From assembly GCA_965209085.1 (NCBI GenBank), contig OZ242376.1, forward strand, positions 480,001 to 544,000: 64,000 nt of DNA, written 5' to 3'. The position numbers and the translations under genes are program-made. Shown one piece after another: positions 50,073 to 60,326 of this stretch. How positions within the stretch are numbered: position 1 is the stretch's first letter; the number at the start of each line of letters is the position of its first letter. Source of the stretch: Nitrosopumilaceae archaeon. Lineage in GTDB: Archaea > Thermoproteota > Nitrososphaeria > Nitrososphaerales > Nitrosopumilaceae. Under the pieces are notes generated by a model that made no database searches, was not told the origin of the DNA, and saw only the letters and a list, made by a program, of their open reading frames with translations.

Positions 50073-51371
50073 TTATATTCCTAATAATCCAGACTCATTA
50101 ATAACATTCCCAAGTAAATTTACAGGATCTGACCTATGTAAATACGATTGTTTTGTATCAAATGCAACAAAATTGTATTTCATATCCAAATTTAAACAAA
50201 ATCTTCTAATAATTCTGAATGCTGATTCATCTTCATTTATCACATATTTTAATAATTCAATTACAGGTTCTGGACATTTTTTATACATGTTTTGAATTCC
50301 AATATCATTTTTGAATGCTCGCTTTAAAAGCTCCAAAATTTTTACATCTTCACATATCATTGAAGCTAATAATAGATATGATGGATCATGATTAATTATT
50401 TTTGCAATATGTCTATGATGTGATATTAATGTGATCCATAACAATAGTGTTTTTAAATATTTTTCAAAATACTTATTTTTTTCTTCTTGAGGGTTTCCGA
50501 TCATCTGTGCATCCTGTAAAACAAAACGAACGATGTTGAGTGTTCTTTTGATGGCACGAGGATTTAAATTAAAATTATCTAGCAACTCATCAACTTCATT
50601 ACTGTCACCCATGGATAATAATTCACGTATGTAACCAATAAACATGTTATCTCGTTTTGATGAAATTGACAATCTTAATTGAAACATTTTTTCAAGATGT
50701 TGCCTTCCTGAAATAGCTCCAAGTTCAGACCTATAACGTAATTGCCAAGCTTGTTCAAGTTTTAACATGTCTGCAGCAATAACAAATATGACATTTTTAA
50801 CAGATAGAAACATTTTGATGGATTCGAATATTTTAAACATGCTCTCTGGATTGCATCTATCCAAATCATCTACAAATATGACAAATTTATTATCACCTAC
50901 AATTTTTTCTAATGTGTCTGATATTGTTTCTATATTTTTTATAGATTCTTTATATTTTTCTACCATTTCATCCGATGATATATTTACGATACTTTTTAGT
51001 GCTTGATCAAGTAGCATACATGATATAATTTTAGCAATTTTAGTTTTATTATGTTTATCTTCAATATGTTGAAAAAGTCCTGCCACTACATCCGTTTTTT
51101 CATATTTCCATGCATTAAATTCTATAACTCTTACGTCATTTTTATTGTATAATTCTATTCTTTTTTTGACAGCATTAAGTAATGTTGTTTTACCATCTCC
51201 CCATTCCCCATTAATTCCAATAGAAAATGGTGTGGGTGTTTTATCATCCATTATGAATGCTGCAATTTTTTTTGCATGTATATCAAAGTTAAAATATAAA
51301 TTTTCATGTTCAGGTTCATCAGTATATGTTTGAAGTCTTTCAAGAAATCGCTTTTTTTTATCTTCGACCAT
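50073..51371 (-). CDS. KAP family P-loop NTPase
   Basis: GEWGDGKT, FNAWKYE, FVDDLDRC, LEKMFQ, NPRAIKR; AT-rich insert. Confidence 0.92.
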   Translation of the reverse strand: MVEDKKKRFLERLQTYTDEPEHENLYFNFDIHAKKIAAFIMDDKTPTPFSIGINGEWGDGKTTLLNAVKKRIELYNKNDVRVIEFNAWKYEKTDVVAGLFQHIEDKHNKTKIAKIISCMLLDQALKSIVNISSDEMVEKYKESIKNIETISDTLEKIVGDNKFVIFVDDLDRCNPESMFKIFESIKMFLSVKNVIFVIAADMLKLEQAWQLRYRSELGAISGRQHLEKMFQLRLSISSKRDNMFIGYIRELLSMGDSNEVDELLDNFNLNPRAIKRTLNIVRFVLQDAQMIGNPQEEKNKYFEKYLKTLLLWITLISHHRHIAKIINHDPSYLLLASMICEDVKILELLKRAFKNDIGIQNMYKKCPEPVIELLKYVINEDESAFRIIRRFCLNLDMKYNFVAFDTKQSYLHRSDPVNLLGNVINESGLLGI

Positions 51372-51500
51372 TTAAAAATAATGTTTGTATGGTATAATAT
51401 ATGTTTTAAAAATTTTTGATTTACTCATTTTCTATACATGAACCACTTAATTAGTAATCTGTGTCTAACATGTACACCAAATTCACAAAATCTGCATTTC

Positions 51501-51818
51501 TCACGCACTGCTTATATTCTCAGTCCATCTGCGCTCATCATCATACCGTCTCTTCATAATGTATACTGTCAGCATCAAAGCAATGGCTGCAATATTTGTA
51601 CCAATTATGAAAATATCCCCGACGGCAATGCCGTAAATCAGCCATAAGGTGGCTCCTGCCAAAATAAGCAGCAAAAGATATTTTGAAATGTCTTTGAGAC
51701 TTTTGGTGCGGTATCCTTTTAACAATTGTTGCACCCATCCTGAAAGTATGAGTATGCCGGCAATCGTTACAATAATGGACAGCCATGGCTCTCCAATCTC
51801 CATATAACCCTCACTCAT
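51501..51818 (-). CDS. SemiSWEET/PQ-loop family small membrane protein
   Basis: Three TM segments, KSLKDIS, LWLIYG, TN. Confidence 0.8.
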   Translation of the reverse strand: MSEGYMEIGEPWLSIIVTIAGILILSGWVQQLLKGYRTKSLKDISKYLLLLILAGATLWLIYGIAVGDIFIIGTNIAAIALMLTVYIMKRRYDDERRWTENISSA

Positions 51819-51829
51819 CTCACATTCAC

Positions 51830-54379
51830 CTAGAAGAAGAAATCCTCAATACCTGTCTGTTTTGGCTTGCCCAATATCTCATCAAAATCTATTCCAAGCG
51901 AGGATGTTATCTGATCCAAAGTTGACTCCATAAATTCCATATATTTTTTATTGTCAATCTCTGATATCTTTGCCAACTGTATGGGCCGGACTCCAATTTT
52001 GGAGGTAATTTTCACATATGATATAATATCGCCTTTTTTGATATTTTTATCTGCATCTTCTTCAAGCTGTTTTGCAGCCCGTATATGCTGTGGTACAGTC
52101 TTTGTATACTCTGATGGCGCCTTGCTTAGCATAACATGAAATGCCAAATCATCTAGTGGAATCTCATGTGCTTCAAGTTTTTTAGCACATGCTAGAATCT
52201 TCTCCCCTATAATCCTCTTTGCCACTGTAAAGTCATTCTTATCTTGCACCTTTGATAATGCATCAGTTATCTCATAAAAGAGCGTCTTGATAAACGGCGG
52301 AGTGTGGGATTTTTTCCCAGTTAACCCCTTTATGTCCACTTTGCCTTTTTTTGTAACTCCAAGATAGTTTTTCTTGCGGTCGCTTAGCACGACATATCTG
52401 TACTCTTTATCCACCTCTAACTCTACACCGTGATCTTTTTTTGCCTCCTCAATCACTGTAGCAATCTGCTCTTGTGTGGGATTTTTAACAAACAGCGAGT
52501 CAGTATCCCCGTACAAGACTGTGATTCCGGCATTTTCGCATTTTTTTATCGTCTGTACAATAATGTGCCGGCCAACAGCCGTGGTGGCCTCAGCAGCGGG
52601 CAAAAAATACAGGGGAAATATTTCAGCTCCCATTACGCCATAGCTGGCATTGAGTATAACCTTGAGTGCCTGACTCACCACAGTATACTGCTGGCGCTGA
52701 TCTTCTGTAAGGGACTGATCATTTGAGAGATTTTTATAATAATTTACGCGTAAATCCCGCAAAGATCCAATCAAAAGCGACGTTATTCCGTTCTTTTTTG
52801 TACACGCCCAGTGTGTGGTATCCGGTATTGCATTTGTTTTGCACTCTTCATGCGGGCAGCGTACAGTCTCATAGGAGAGATTTTTGACCTTTATAATGCT
52901 GGGGTATAGGCTTGCAAAATCCATCACCGTAACATCAAAATGCACCCCCTGTTTTGGATCCACCACAAGACCGCCGCGGTATTTTTTATTCTTAATTACC
53001 GCAGTATTGCTTACCCCTGATGATTTTTTTTCAAGCTCCTCTCTTCTTGGAATCAGCGCATTGCGCTGCCTGTGCTCGTAATACAAGAGACTGCGTATCC
53101 ACTGCGAGACACCCATCCTTGCAATATCATCAATGGGCATCCGTCCTATGCGGCCTATGACTATAAGCAGATTCATCAGCACATCGCTGTTAAACGTGGT
53201 AAGTGCCAAAGTTATCCTTGCATCATTGTAACAGTAATGTGCAAGCTGGTTTAATTCTAGTTTATCAAGCGCTATTCCATAGTCTATTTTTTCCTCATTT
53301 AGAAGCGCCTTTGTAACACTATTCAGGGAAAAATCCGAATACTTTGCACTAAACGCGTATATCTGAAAAGAACGGTTTGAAAACGTCCTGTACAGGTCTA
53401 TGTGCACGCCGACATTTAGCGTTGCTGAATCCCTCAGCATGTGGAACGGATTTTCAGTATCTGCTATTCCAAGACGTTTTGCCCTGTTATACAGATACGG
53501 CATGTCAAAATCATCCCCGTTGTATGTAAGCACTATGGGATATTCGCATATAAGATCAAAGGCATCCTCTAAAAGTTTCTTCTCATCATCATAAAAGACC
53601 ACCTGCACATCATCGGGAAGTCTTTTCTGCCCTTCTGTATGATCCCGCATCCTGAGCACAAAGACCTTGCTCATCCCGTCGTTTCCTGCAAAACCAATTG
53701 CCGTGACTATCTTTTCTGCAATCTTTGGGTCAGGAATGCGACCTATCACACTCTCCACTTCAATGTCAAAGCTTAGGCGGCGCATGAAGGGTATGGGCTG
53801 ATTTAACAGATTTGCCCACTCTGTGGTGTATTTTTTAAACTCATCATAATCTACGACATTTTCCCCTGAAATTTTATCCAAAAGCAAAGTCTGAAGCGAT
53901 GAGCGAATCTCTTTTGGTATCTCCATCTCATGCGGGGAGATCTTGCCATCCTGTATGGAATAATATTTTCCAACTATTAATTTTGAATCATAAAGATAGT
54001 TTTCATAATATTTTATGTCCGATTCCCACGTATCCATGTTATTCCTAATACTTTTGCTGTTCATGGTGCCGCCTATTGCAAGAGGGTCAGCAACTGTGAT
54101 CTTTGAGAGCTCTGTAATCTTATCTTGCAGCATATCCATGCGGGATACGGTATCAATGGATAAAACATCGTCCCTCTCGTCAAGAAAAGAGAGATCACTT
54201 TTACTCAATCTGGAATAACAGTACGGCTTGTGACCGCTCTCATCCTTCCAGAGAATGAGTTTTTGCGTTTCTGGCACGTAAAATTTCAATACTGCACTTT
54301 TATTTGGACCATCGTATGCTGCAGAAATCAGCATGGATGGGGGAACTGTTTTGCTGTATTCAGAATCTTTCACGCTCAA
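51830..54379 (-). CDS. polB: Family B DNA polymerase (PolB1)
   Basis: DIEV exonuclease I, DFASLYPS, KVILNASYG, YGDTDS. Confidence 0.97.
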   Translation of the reverse strand: MSVKDSEYSKTVPPSMLISAAYDGPNKSAVLKFYVPETQKLILWKDESGHKPYCYSRLSKSDLSFLDERDDVLSIDTVSRMDMLQDKITELSKITVADPLAIGGTMNSKSIRNNMDTWESDIKYYENYLYDSKLIVGKYYSIQDGKISPHEMEIPKEIRSSLQTLLLDKISGENVVDYDEFKKYTTEWANLLNQPIPFMRRLSFDIEVESVIGRIPDPKIAEKIVTAIGFAGNDGMSKVFVLRMRDHTEGQKRLPDDVQVVFYDDEKKLLEDAFDLICEYPIVLTYNGDDFDMPYLYNRAKRLGIADTENPFHMLRDSATLNVGVHIDLYRTFSNRSFQIYAFSAKYSDFSLNSVTKALLNEEKIDYGIALDKLELNQLAHYCYNDARITLALTTFNSDVLMNLLIVIGRIGRMPIDDIARMGVSQWIRSLLYYEHRQRNALIPRREELEKKSSGVSNTAVIKNKKYRGGLVVDPKQGVHFDVTVMDFASLYPSIIKVKNLSYETVRCPHEECKTNAIPDTTHWACTKKNGITSLLIGSLRDLRVNYYKNLSNDQSLTEDQRQQYTVVSQALKVILNASYGVMGAEIFPLYFLPAAEATTAVGRHIIVQTIKKCENAGITVLYGDTDSLFVKNPTQEQIATVIEEAKKDHGVELEVDKEYRYVVLSDRKKNYLGVTKKGKVDIKGLTGKKSHTPPFIKTLFYEITDALSKVQDKNDFTVAKRIIGEKILACAKKLEAHEIPLDDLAFHVMLSKAPSEYTKTVPQHIRAAKQLEEDADKNIKKGDIISYVKITSKIGVRPIQLAKISEIDNKKYMEFMESTLDQITSSLGIDFDEILGKPKQTGIEDFFF

Positions 54380-54924
54380 CTGCTGGCACCTTTGATGAGC
54401 TTTGATACCCAGTGGGATATCTTTGCTGAATCAATAATGTCAACTTTTACACCGGCATCCTCTAGCAGCGAATAATCTGTCTCCGGATATTTCCCCATGC
54501 AGACAAACCGCCGTATGCCGATGGTTATTGCCATTTTACTGCATTCAAGGCAGGGAACAAGTGTCGTGTACAAAATTGAGCCCTCTGTCCCTGCCCCGAT
54601 TCCCATTATGGCACAGTGCATTATCGCATTTGCCTCTGCATGATTGCATAAACAGCGGTCAAGTCCTTCACCGGAAGCGATTTTTCCACTAGCCCTATCC
54701 TGGCATCTTTTGCATCCGCCCTCGTAGCAGTTTTTCACTCCAGGAGGGGTTCCGTTGTATCCGGTGGCAAGCTGCCTGTTTTTTTTCACAATTACTGCAC
54801 CCACCTTGCGAATCATACAGTTTGATCGAAGCTTTGCAAGCTCTGCCTGTAGCATAAAATATTCATCCCAGTCTGGTCTTTCAAACTCTGACAATACTGG
54901 TAAGAATGCGTATTTGTATATCAT
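54376..54924 (-). CDS. dCMP deaminase family protein
   Basis: RPDWDEYFM, TGYNG, HAEANA, PCLEC. Confidence 0.92.
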   Translation of the reverse strand: MIYKYAFLPVLSEFERPDWDEYFMLQAELAKLRSNCMIRKVGAVIVKKNRQLATGYNGTPPGVKNCYEGGCKRCQDRASGKIASGEGLDRCLCNHAEANAIMHCAIMGIGAGTEGSILYTTLVPCLECSKMAITIGIRRFVCMGKYPETDYSLLEDAGVKVDIIDSAKISHWVSKLIKGASS

Positions 54925-55018
54925 TGTAGTGTTAGAGTAGAAATATTGTATCTGATCCCATGTGTGTAATTCTATGTTTTGAAGGCTATACGCAAATCTG
55001 ATATGGATTTAATAATTC

Positions 55019-55091
55019 TAGATATAATCGTTCAAATCGGTCATTTTTGCTCGTAAAAATTGTGAATTTGATCAATTATGCATACGGTCTA
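55019..55091 (-). mobile_element. MITE copy (inverted), intact TIR TAGACCGTATGCATAAT at 55091
   Basis: Reverse complement aligns with 55673-55751 and 29765-29841. Confidence 0.75.
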
Positions 55092-55159
55092 TCGTATAAA
55101 TTTTAAGAATGATTGGCTCCCTCTAAAACATATCGGAATATTAATTAATTCCAACCTAT

Positions 55160-55675
55160 TTGATAAAAATGAATCTATCTATGAACAAACCTAAAATGAA
55201 TAAAAAAATACAGTCAGAATCAAATAGAAAATCTGAACCTTCTATAGAACATAACTTCGATTCTGATATACTTTTTAATATTAAAAAATATCTGAAAAAG
55301 AAATACCAGATACCGATAAACCAAATAAAAATAGACCACAGTATAAAATTTACAGCCAAGGGTTATGAAATATTGGGAAAGATGAATAATATTGAAATTT
55401 CAAACACTGCAAAATTAAACCCGGTGCATACCCCGGATATCATCATAACCGACAAAAATAAAATAGTACTCATAATTGAACAAGACGGCAAGATCCATGA
55501 ATCTGAAAAAGTTATAAAAAAAGATTATAATAGAAACAGACACTACACTAAAGCAGAAATACCATTCATTATAATTAATTCTGAAAAACTCCGATTGATG
55601 AAAAAAACATGCCAGACATATTTGGAGGAAGAATTAAAAAAATATGATCATGAACTATATTCCCTTAATCAATAG
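55160..55675 (+). CDS. DUF559/Vsr-like PD-(D/E)XK endonuclease
   Basis: TPDIII...IIEQDGKIH...KDYNRN..Y....IPFIII. Confidence 0.75.
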   Translation: MIKMNLSMNKPKMNKKIQSESNRKSEPSIEHNFDSDILFNIKKYLKKKYQIPINQIKIDHSIKFTAKGYEILGKMNNIEISNTAKLNPVHTPDIIITDKNKIVLIIEQDGKIHESEKVIKKDYNRNRHYTKAEIPFIIINSEKLRLMKKTCQTYLEEELKKYDHELYSLNQ

Positions 55676-55751
55676 ACCGTATGATAACTGATAAAATTCG
55701 TAATTTTTACAAATAAAAATGACTGATTTGAATGATCATACATACGATCTA
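55673..55751 (+). mobile_element. 79-bp MITE with imperfect TIRs (TAGACCGTATG...CATACGATCTA)
   Basis: Terminal inverted repeats visible; family TIR matches the IS end at 63585 (15/17). Confidence 0.75.
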
Positions 55752-55939
55752 ACAACCTGCAAATTAACAACATGTGTGATTTTTCAAGTAGATAATCTGA
55801 GAAAATATAGAATTTCTAATATCTGAAACGATTCGTATCTGTAACCTAGATCATGATTTTATGCCTACAGTTTACGCATTGATGGTACGGCGAGGTAGAA
55901 TGCGACATATTTTTAACATTCAGAGGGTATGATCATATT

Positions 55940-56950
55940 GTGGATGATGATAACCTACGTGTACGCTTTAACTCTATAATGACAAAGGGTGCCAAAACAA
56001 ACACGTACAAATTTGCACTAGCAAAATTCATGCTAGAATATACTGACAAATTCACACACTCACAGCTGCTCAACATGGCCGATCACAACCAGCCTGCAAA
56101 GGTCGATTATTCTGATACTGCCATGGAATTTTTAAAATATTACTGGCACCAGGAATGCAAATACCGGATACGTCAAAATTCCGATCCAAGCAGACTGCCG
56201 TATGTAATCAGCATTATCCGAGAAGAGTTTGATGAGGCAGATGCTAAAAAGTCATTCTCTGAGATATCCTACGAGAAAAAACTCAAAGCCGCTGAGCGCA
56301 TAAAATCAAAAGTATTTGGCAAAGGCCAGTATTCTCACGTGGTTCCGCGATTTCAAAACCTCAAAAACAATACTGAGAAAAACATCTTTTATGATTATGA
56401 TTCAAAACACATGCTGATTCATCCTGAATCTTTGCTGTTTTTTAAAAACAACAAGCACTGCCTTTTGAAAACTGTTGTTCTTGAATGGTCAAAATTTCTT
56501 GAAAAACGAAACAACATACCAATGCTGATAGCAAAAATAGAAAATGACCGGGCAAAAAGAGGGACGCTTTTAAAATACAAAAAAATGTTTGAGACAAGTT
56601 TCTGTAAATGCTTTTACTGTGAATCCCGTTTGCAAAAGAAATTTGTACATGTGGATCATTTCATACCATGGTCATTCATACCCGAAGATGAGGCATGGAA
56701 TCTTGTACTTGCATGCAACGAGTGCAATTGTAAAAAAAGCGACTCGCTTGCACAAAAATCATACCTGACCTCCCTTATCGACCGCAACTATCAGTATGGG
56801 TCGGAGATAAGGGATCTTGCAAAATCCCTGCACAATTTGAACGCTGATGCAAAAACTGTGATAAATTCCACGCGTACGTGGGAATCTGAAATCCTCTCAA
56901 GATATAAGAACTGTAAAAACCACGGCTTTACTATGGTTCAGATGCCATAG
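55940..56950 (+). CDS. HNH endonuclease (putative type IV restriction enzyme)
   Basis: CFYC...VDHFIPWS...WNLVLACNECNCKKSD; N-terminal NTYKFAL domain. Confidence 0.88.
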   Translation: MDDDNLRVRFNSIMTKGAKTNTYKFALAKFMLEYTDKFTHSQLLNMADHNQPAKVDYSDTAMEFLKYYWHQECKYRIRQNSDPSRLPYVISIIREEFDEADAKKSFSEISYEKKLKAAERIKSKVFGKGQYSHVVPRFQNLKNNTEKNIFYDYDSKHMLIHPESLLFFKNNKHCLLKTVVLEWSKFLEKRNNIPMLIAKIENDRAKRGTLLKYKKMFETSFCKCFYCESRLQKKFVHVDHFIPWSFIPEDEAWNLVLACNECNCKKSDSLAQKSYLTSLIDRNYQYGSEIRDLAKSLHNLNADAKTVINSTRTWESEILSRYKNCKNHGFTMVQMP

Positions 56951-57022
56951 TGTAATTTACGTTCACTATTACAAAGCTAATTTTGTACAGCAAAGGTAAA
57001 AAGCATAAACTATTGCAATCAA

Positions 57023-58525
57023 ATGATGGCAGAGGAGCTGTATGTTGAGAAAAAATACATCAAAAAAGACACAGTAGAGCTGCGTGAGTATCAGGAACAG
57101 CTGGCCTTTCATGCAAAGGGGAAAAACACAATGGTGGTGCTGCCAACAGGTCTTGGAAAAACAGTGGTTGCACTGCATATTATCTCAGATCACCTTGAAA
57201 CAAAACAGACCCCCGTACTTTTTTTGGCACCCACCCGCGTACTGGTAGGACAGCACCAGAATTTTCTTTTGACAAAAAGCACGATTGCCGATGTTGGGAT
57301 GATAACTGGCGAGGATACAATTGAGAAAAGGCGCCGGCAGTGGGGTGCAAACAGCATAATGTGCGCTACGCCTGAAATTACGCGAAACGATCTTGCACGG
57401 GGGGTTATAAAACCCGAGCAGTTTGGACTGGTGATATTTGATGAGGCACACAGAACAGTGGGCGATTATGCATATACGAAAATTGCAGAATTATTGTTAC
57501 CACATGCTAGAATAATTGGAATGACTGCCACGCTTCCAAGCGAGGCTGCAAAGGCAAAAGAGATAATGTCAACTCTTGGCGTACAGGAAGTTGCATACCG
57601 GGACGAGCAGAGCCCTGATGTTGTACCGTACATACAGACGACCAACACTGAATGGATAAAGGTGGACCTTCCGCCCGAAGTTGAAACCGTCCGTATCCTA
57701 GTAAAGCGTGCACTACAGGCCAGGTATGATGCCCTGCAAAGGTGCGGCGTAAAGGTGGATGGAATGTCACTCTCAGCGCTTTTGCGTCAGAGACCGTACG
57801 TTTTGTATCGTAACCGCAAGGGTGCAAAACCGCTGTTCATGGCAATACGCATAACGTATGCGCTGAACATTTTAGAGGCTCATGGAATCACGCCGTTTTT
57901 AAAATTCTGTGAGAGATCTATGAAAAAACCCGGAGCCGGTGCAAAGGAACTCTTTGAGGCTGATCCAGACTTTGTCCCCGCATTGGCGCGGGCAAAAGAG
58001 GCAAAGGCAAAGGGCATAGAGCACTCTAAAATCCCAAAACTGTTGGAATTGTTGTCAAATCTTGACGGCAAGGCGCTGATATTTTCAAGCTATAGGGATT
58101 CAGTTGAGATGATTCGTGAAAATTTGACATCTGCTGGAATTGAATCCGGCTTCCTCATAGGTAAAGCGGGCAAGGATGGGTTGAAACAGAAACAACAGAT
58201 AGAAACTGTGGAAAAATTCCGCGGCGGCGAGTACAATGTGCTGGTCTCAACGCGTGTGGGGGAGGAGGGACTAGACATATCAGAGGTAAACCTGGTGATA
58301 TTTTACGACAATGTTCCAAGCTCTATACGGTTTGTACAGCGCAGGGGGCGGACTGGGAGAAAAAATGCTGGCCGGCTGGTTGTTTTAATTGCAAACAAGA
58401 CCATCGATGAGGCATATTACTGGATAGGGCAGCGCAAGATAAAACAAGCTGGAGGCATGGGTGAAAAGATGGTAAAACATGTGGCAGATAATCCTAGTCC
58501 GAATGTACTTGATGCGTACGTTTAG
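57023..58525 (+). CDS. hef: Hef/FANCM-like DEAH helicase
   Basis: LPTGLGKT, DEAHR, MTAT, GEEGLDI, QRRGRTGR. Confidence 0.9.
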   Translation: MMAEELYVEKKYIKKDTVELREYQEQLAFHAKGKNTMVVLPTGLGKTVVALHIISDHLETKQTPVLFLAPTRVLVGQHQNFLLTKSTIADVGMITGEDTIEKRRRQWGANSIMCATPEITRNDLARGVIKPEQFGLVIFDEAHRTVGDYAYTKIAELLLPHARIIGMTATLPSEAAKAKEIMSTLGVQEVAYRDEQSPDVVPYIQTTNTEWIKVDLPPEVETVRILVKRALQARYDALQRCGVKVDGMSLSALLRQRPYVLYRNRKGAKPLFMAIRITYALNILEAHGITPFLKFCERSMKKPGAGAKELFEADPDFVPALARAKEAKAKGIEHSKIPKLLELLSNLDGKALIFSSYRDSVEMIRENLTSAGIESGFLIGKAGKDGLKQKQQIETVEKFRGGEYNVLVSTRVGEEGLDISEVNLVIFYDNVPSSIRFVQRRGRTGRKNAGRLVVLIANKTIDEAYYWIGQRKIKQAGGMGEKMVKHVADNPSPNVLDAYV

Positions 58526-58800
58526 GCCAATCGCTTTATCACGTGGTATCCAAACTCGCTTTTTACCGGCTCTGATATCTGACCCACTTGGAGCTTGAAT
58601 GCTACCTCTTCAAACGGTTTTACCATTACACCGCGTCCAAAGTATCCCAAATTTCCATCACGTTTTGCGCTTCCTGAATCAATGGACTTGCTTTTGCACA
58701 GTGCGCCGAATTTTTCTCCCTTGTTTACCAGATCGAGTATCTCTTGCGCTTCGCTGAGTTTTTTGACCAGTGCGTGTGAGCATTTTATCTTTGAGGACAT
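58522..58800 (-). CDS. Parvulin-type peptidyl-prolyl isomerase
   Basis: IKCSHALVK, G.LG.FGRG.MVKPFE, SEFGYHVI. Confidence 0.93.
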   Translation of the reverse strand: MSSKIKCSHALVKKLSEAQEILDLVNKGEKFGALCKSKSIDSGSAKRDGNLGYFGRGVMVKPFEEVAFKLQVGQISEPVKSEFGYHVIKRLA

Positions 58801-58882
58801 GAATGTACATGTGAGCACAGGGGTATATTGTCTTTGGCATATTCTTGGACATCTTTAAATAAAGATTTGAGAGGGTAAAACC

Positions 58883-59275
58883 ATGTCCAGTTATTTTACA
58901 ATAAAACAGGCAAACGATGCAATTCCACACGTAAAAGAAATGTACGCTCACATATTGGAATGCCAAAAAGTGATCATACGTGCGGAGCAAAATATAGCCA
59001 CCTCTAATGGTTCGCTTGCAGAATATGTACCATTAAAGCAAAAGCTAAATTCAGCAGCTGCTGACTTTTACAAGGCGGTGGAAAAATTAGAGGCCACAGG
59101 CGTGCTTTTAAAAAGCATCGATGAGGGACTGCTTGACTTTCCTGCTCAAAGGTATGATGAGGAGATTTGGCTGTGCTGGAAGGCTGGCGAGGATGGCGTA
59201 AAATTTTGGCACGAGAAAGACTCTGGATTCGGAGGAAGAAAACCTCTGGAAATCAACGATGAATCGCTGGTATGA
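58883..59275 (+). CDS. DUF2203 family protein
   Basis: FT..QAN..P, GLLDFP, WLCWK.GE..V.FWH...GF.GRKP. Confidence 0.88.
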   Translation: MSSYFTIKQANDAIPHVKEMYAHILECQKVIIRAEQNIATSNGSLAEYVPLKQKLNSAAADFYKAVEKLEATGVLLKSIDEGLLDFPAQRYDEEIWLCWKAGEDGVKFWHEKDSGFGGRKPLEINDESLV

Positions 59276-60179
59276 TGTGCATCTAAAACCGTGGGTGCGG
59301 CTGATTCGGCCCAGATTTTTACTTGCATCAGTCATTGCAGTAATGGCCGGTATTGCAATTAGTTGGAATGATGGAATTGTTCCAAATCCGTACACTGCAT
59401 CTTTGACGATGCTTGGAGTTGTACTGCTTCATGCAAGTGTTGACATGTTAAATGATTACTGGGATTTCAAGCGGGGCATTGATACAAAGACAAAACGAAC
59501 ACCGTTTAGCGGAGGAACAGGAGTGTTACCTGAGAAAATTTTGAATGCTAAAGATGTGCGTATAGTGGGTCTTGGGTTACTTGCTGCTGGTGCATCAGTT
59601 GGAGCGTACTTTGTGATTACCTCTGGACCTGTAATAGCTGTGTTGCTTGGATTTGCCATAGTTTCGATTTACTTTTACTCTACACGCATTGTTGATTCAG
59701 GACTTGCTGAAGTTTTTGTGGCAGTAAAGGGGACTATGATTGTTCTAGGTTCTGCGTTCATACAACAGGGTGCAATTACTATATCTGCAGCACATGCTGG
59801 AGTCGTACTTGGGATATTATCTGCAATGGTTCTTTTCGTTGCATCGTTTCCAGATTATGATGCAGACCGTGGCGGTGGGCGCCGGACGCTTGTTATAGTA
59901 CTTGGGAGGGGGCGTGCATCAAAACTTTACTGGTTGTTTTTGGCAGCATCGCATGCGGCACTTTTCTGCGGTGTATGGTCCGGTTCACTTCACCCCTGGT
60001 CGCTTGTATGCCTTGCAGTACTGCCTGTTGGAGTGGTTGCAGGATGGCGTCTTCGAGTGCATCATTCTTTGGAGAGTGTGGGTGGGATTTTAAAAAATGT
60101 GGTATTGTATGGGAGAATAACTGGAATATTGTTTGTGATTTCACTGCTGGCAGTTGTGTTGATTAATCCTGCACGATAA
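59259..60179 (+). CDS. menA: UbiA/MenA-family prenyltransferase
   Basis: NDYWDFKRGID, PDYDADRGGGRRTL, multiple TM segments. Confidence 0.85.
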   Translation: MNRWYDVHLKPWVRLIRPRFLLASVIAVMAGIAISWNDGIVPNPYTASLTMLGVVLLHASVDMLNDYWDFKRGIDTKTKRTPFSGGTGVLPEKILNAKDVRIVGLGLLAAGASVGAYFVITSGPVIAVLLGFAIVSIYFYSTRIVDSGLAEVFVAVKGTMIVLGSAFIQQGAITISAAHAGVVLGILSAMVLFVASFPDYDADRGGGRRTLVIVLGRGRASKLYWLFLAASHAALFCGVWSGSLHPWSLVCLAVLPVGVVAGWRLRVHHSLESVGGILKNVVLYGRITGILFVISLLAVVLINPAR

Positions 60180-60326
60180 AAACGACAATATGCAAAAGAT
60201 ATATTGTTTTCATACAGGATGAGGCAATATTCGCCGATATCACAGATCCTAAGAACAAATATTGGTCCAAAGTGGAGTCTTGTTCTATGGGAGTCCGCAC
60301 CATAGTTTATAATTGTCTTATTTTAT

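Noticed and set aside
57023-58525. Hef helicase without an ERCC4 nuclease domain as a novel partner of the upstream HNH
   Set aside because: Host-like composition and core context; helicase-only forms are not unusual, so the adjacency likely reflects the insertion site.
247-59927. Many overlapping antisense or alternate-frame ORFs in the track (e.g. 1638..2168, 12138..12740, 20662..21267, 38311..38868, 39298..39927, 47379..47930)
   Set aside because: Shadows of well-supported genes on the other strand, with no recognisable motifs.
60180-60320. Possible tRNA/ncRNA or att site before mcrB
   Set aside because: No cloverleaf or T-loop; only a short AGAACAA/TTGTTCT inverted repeat.
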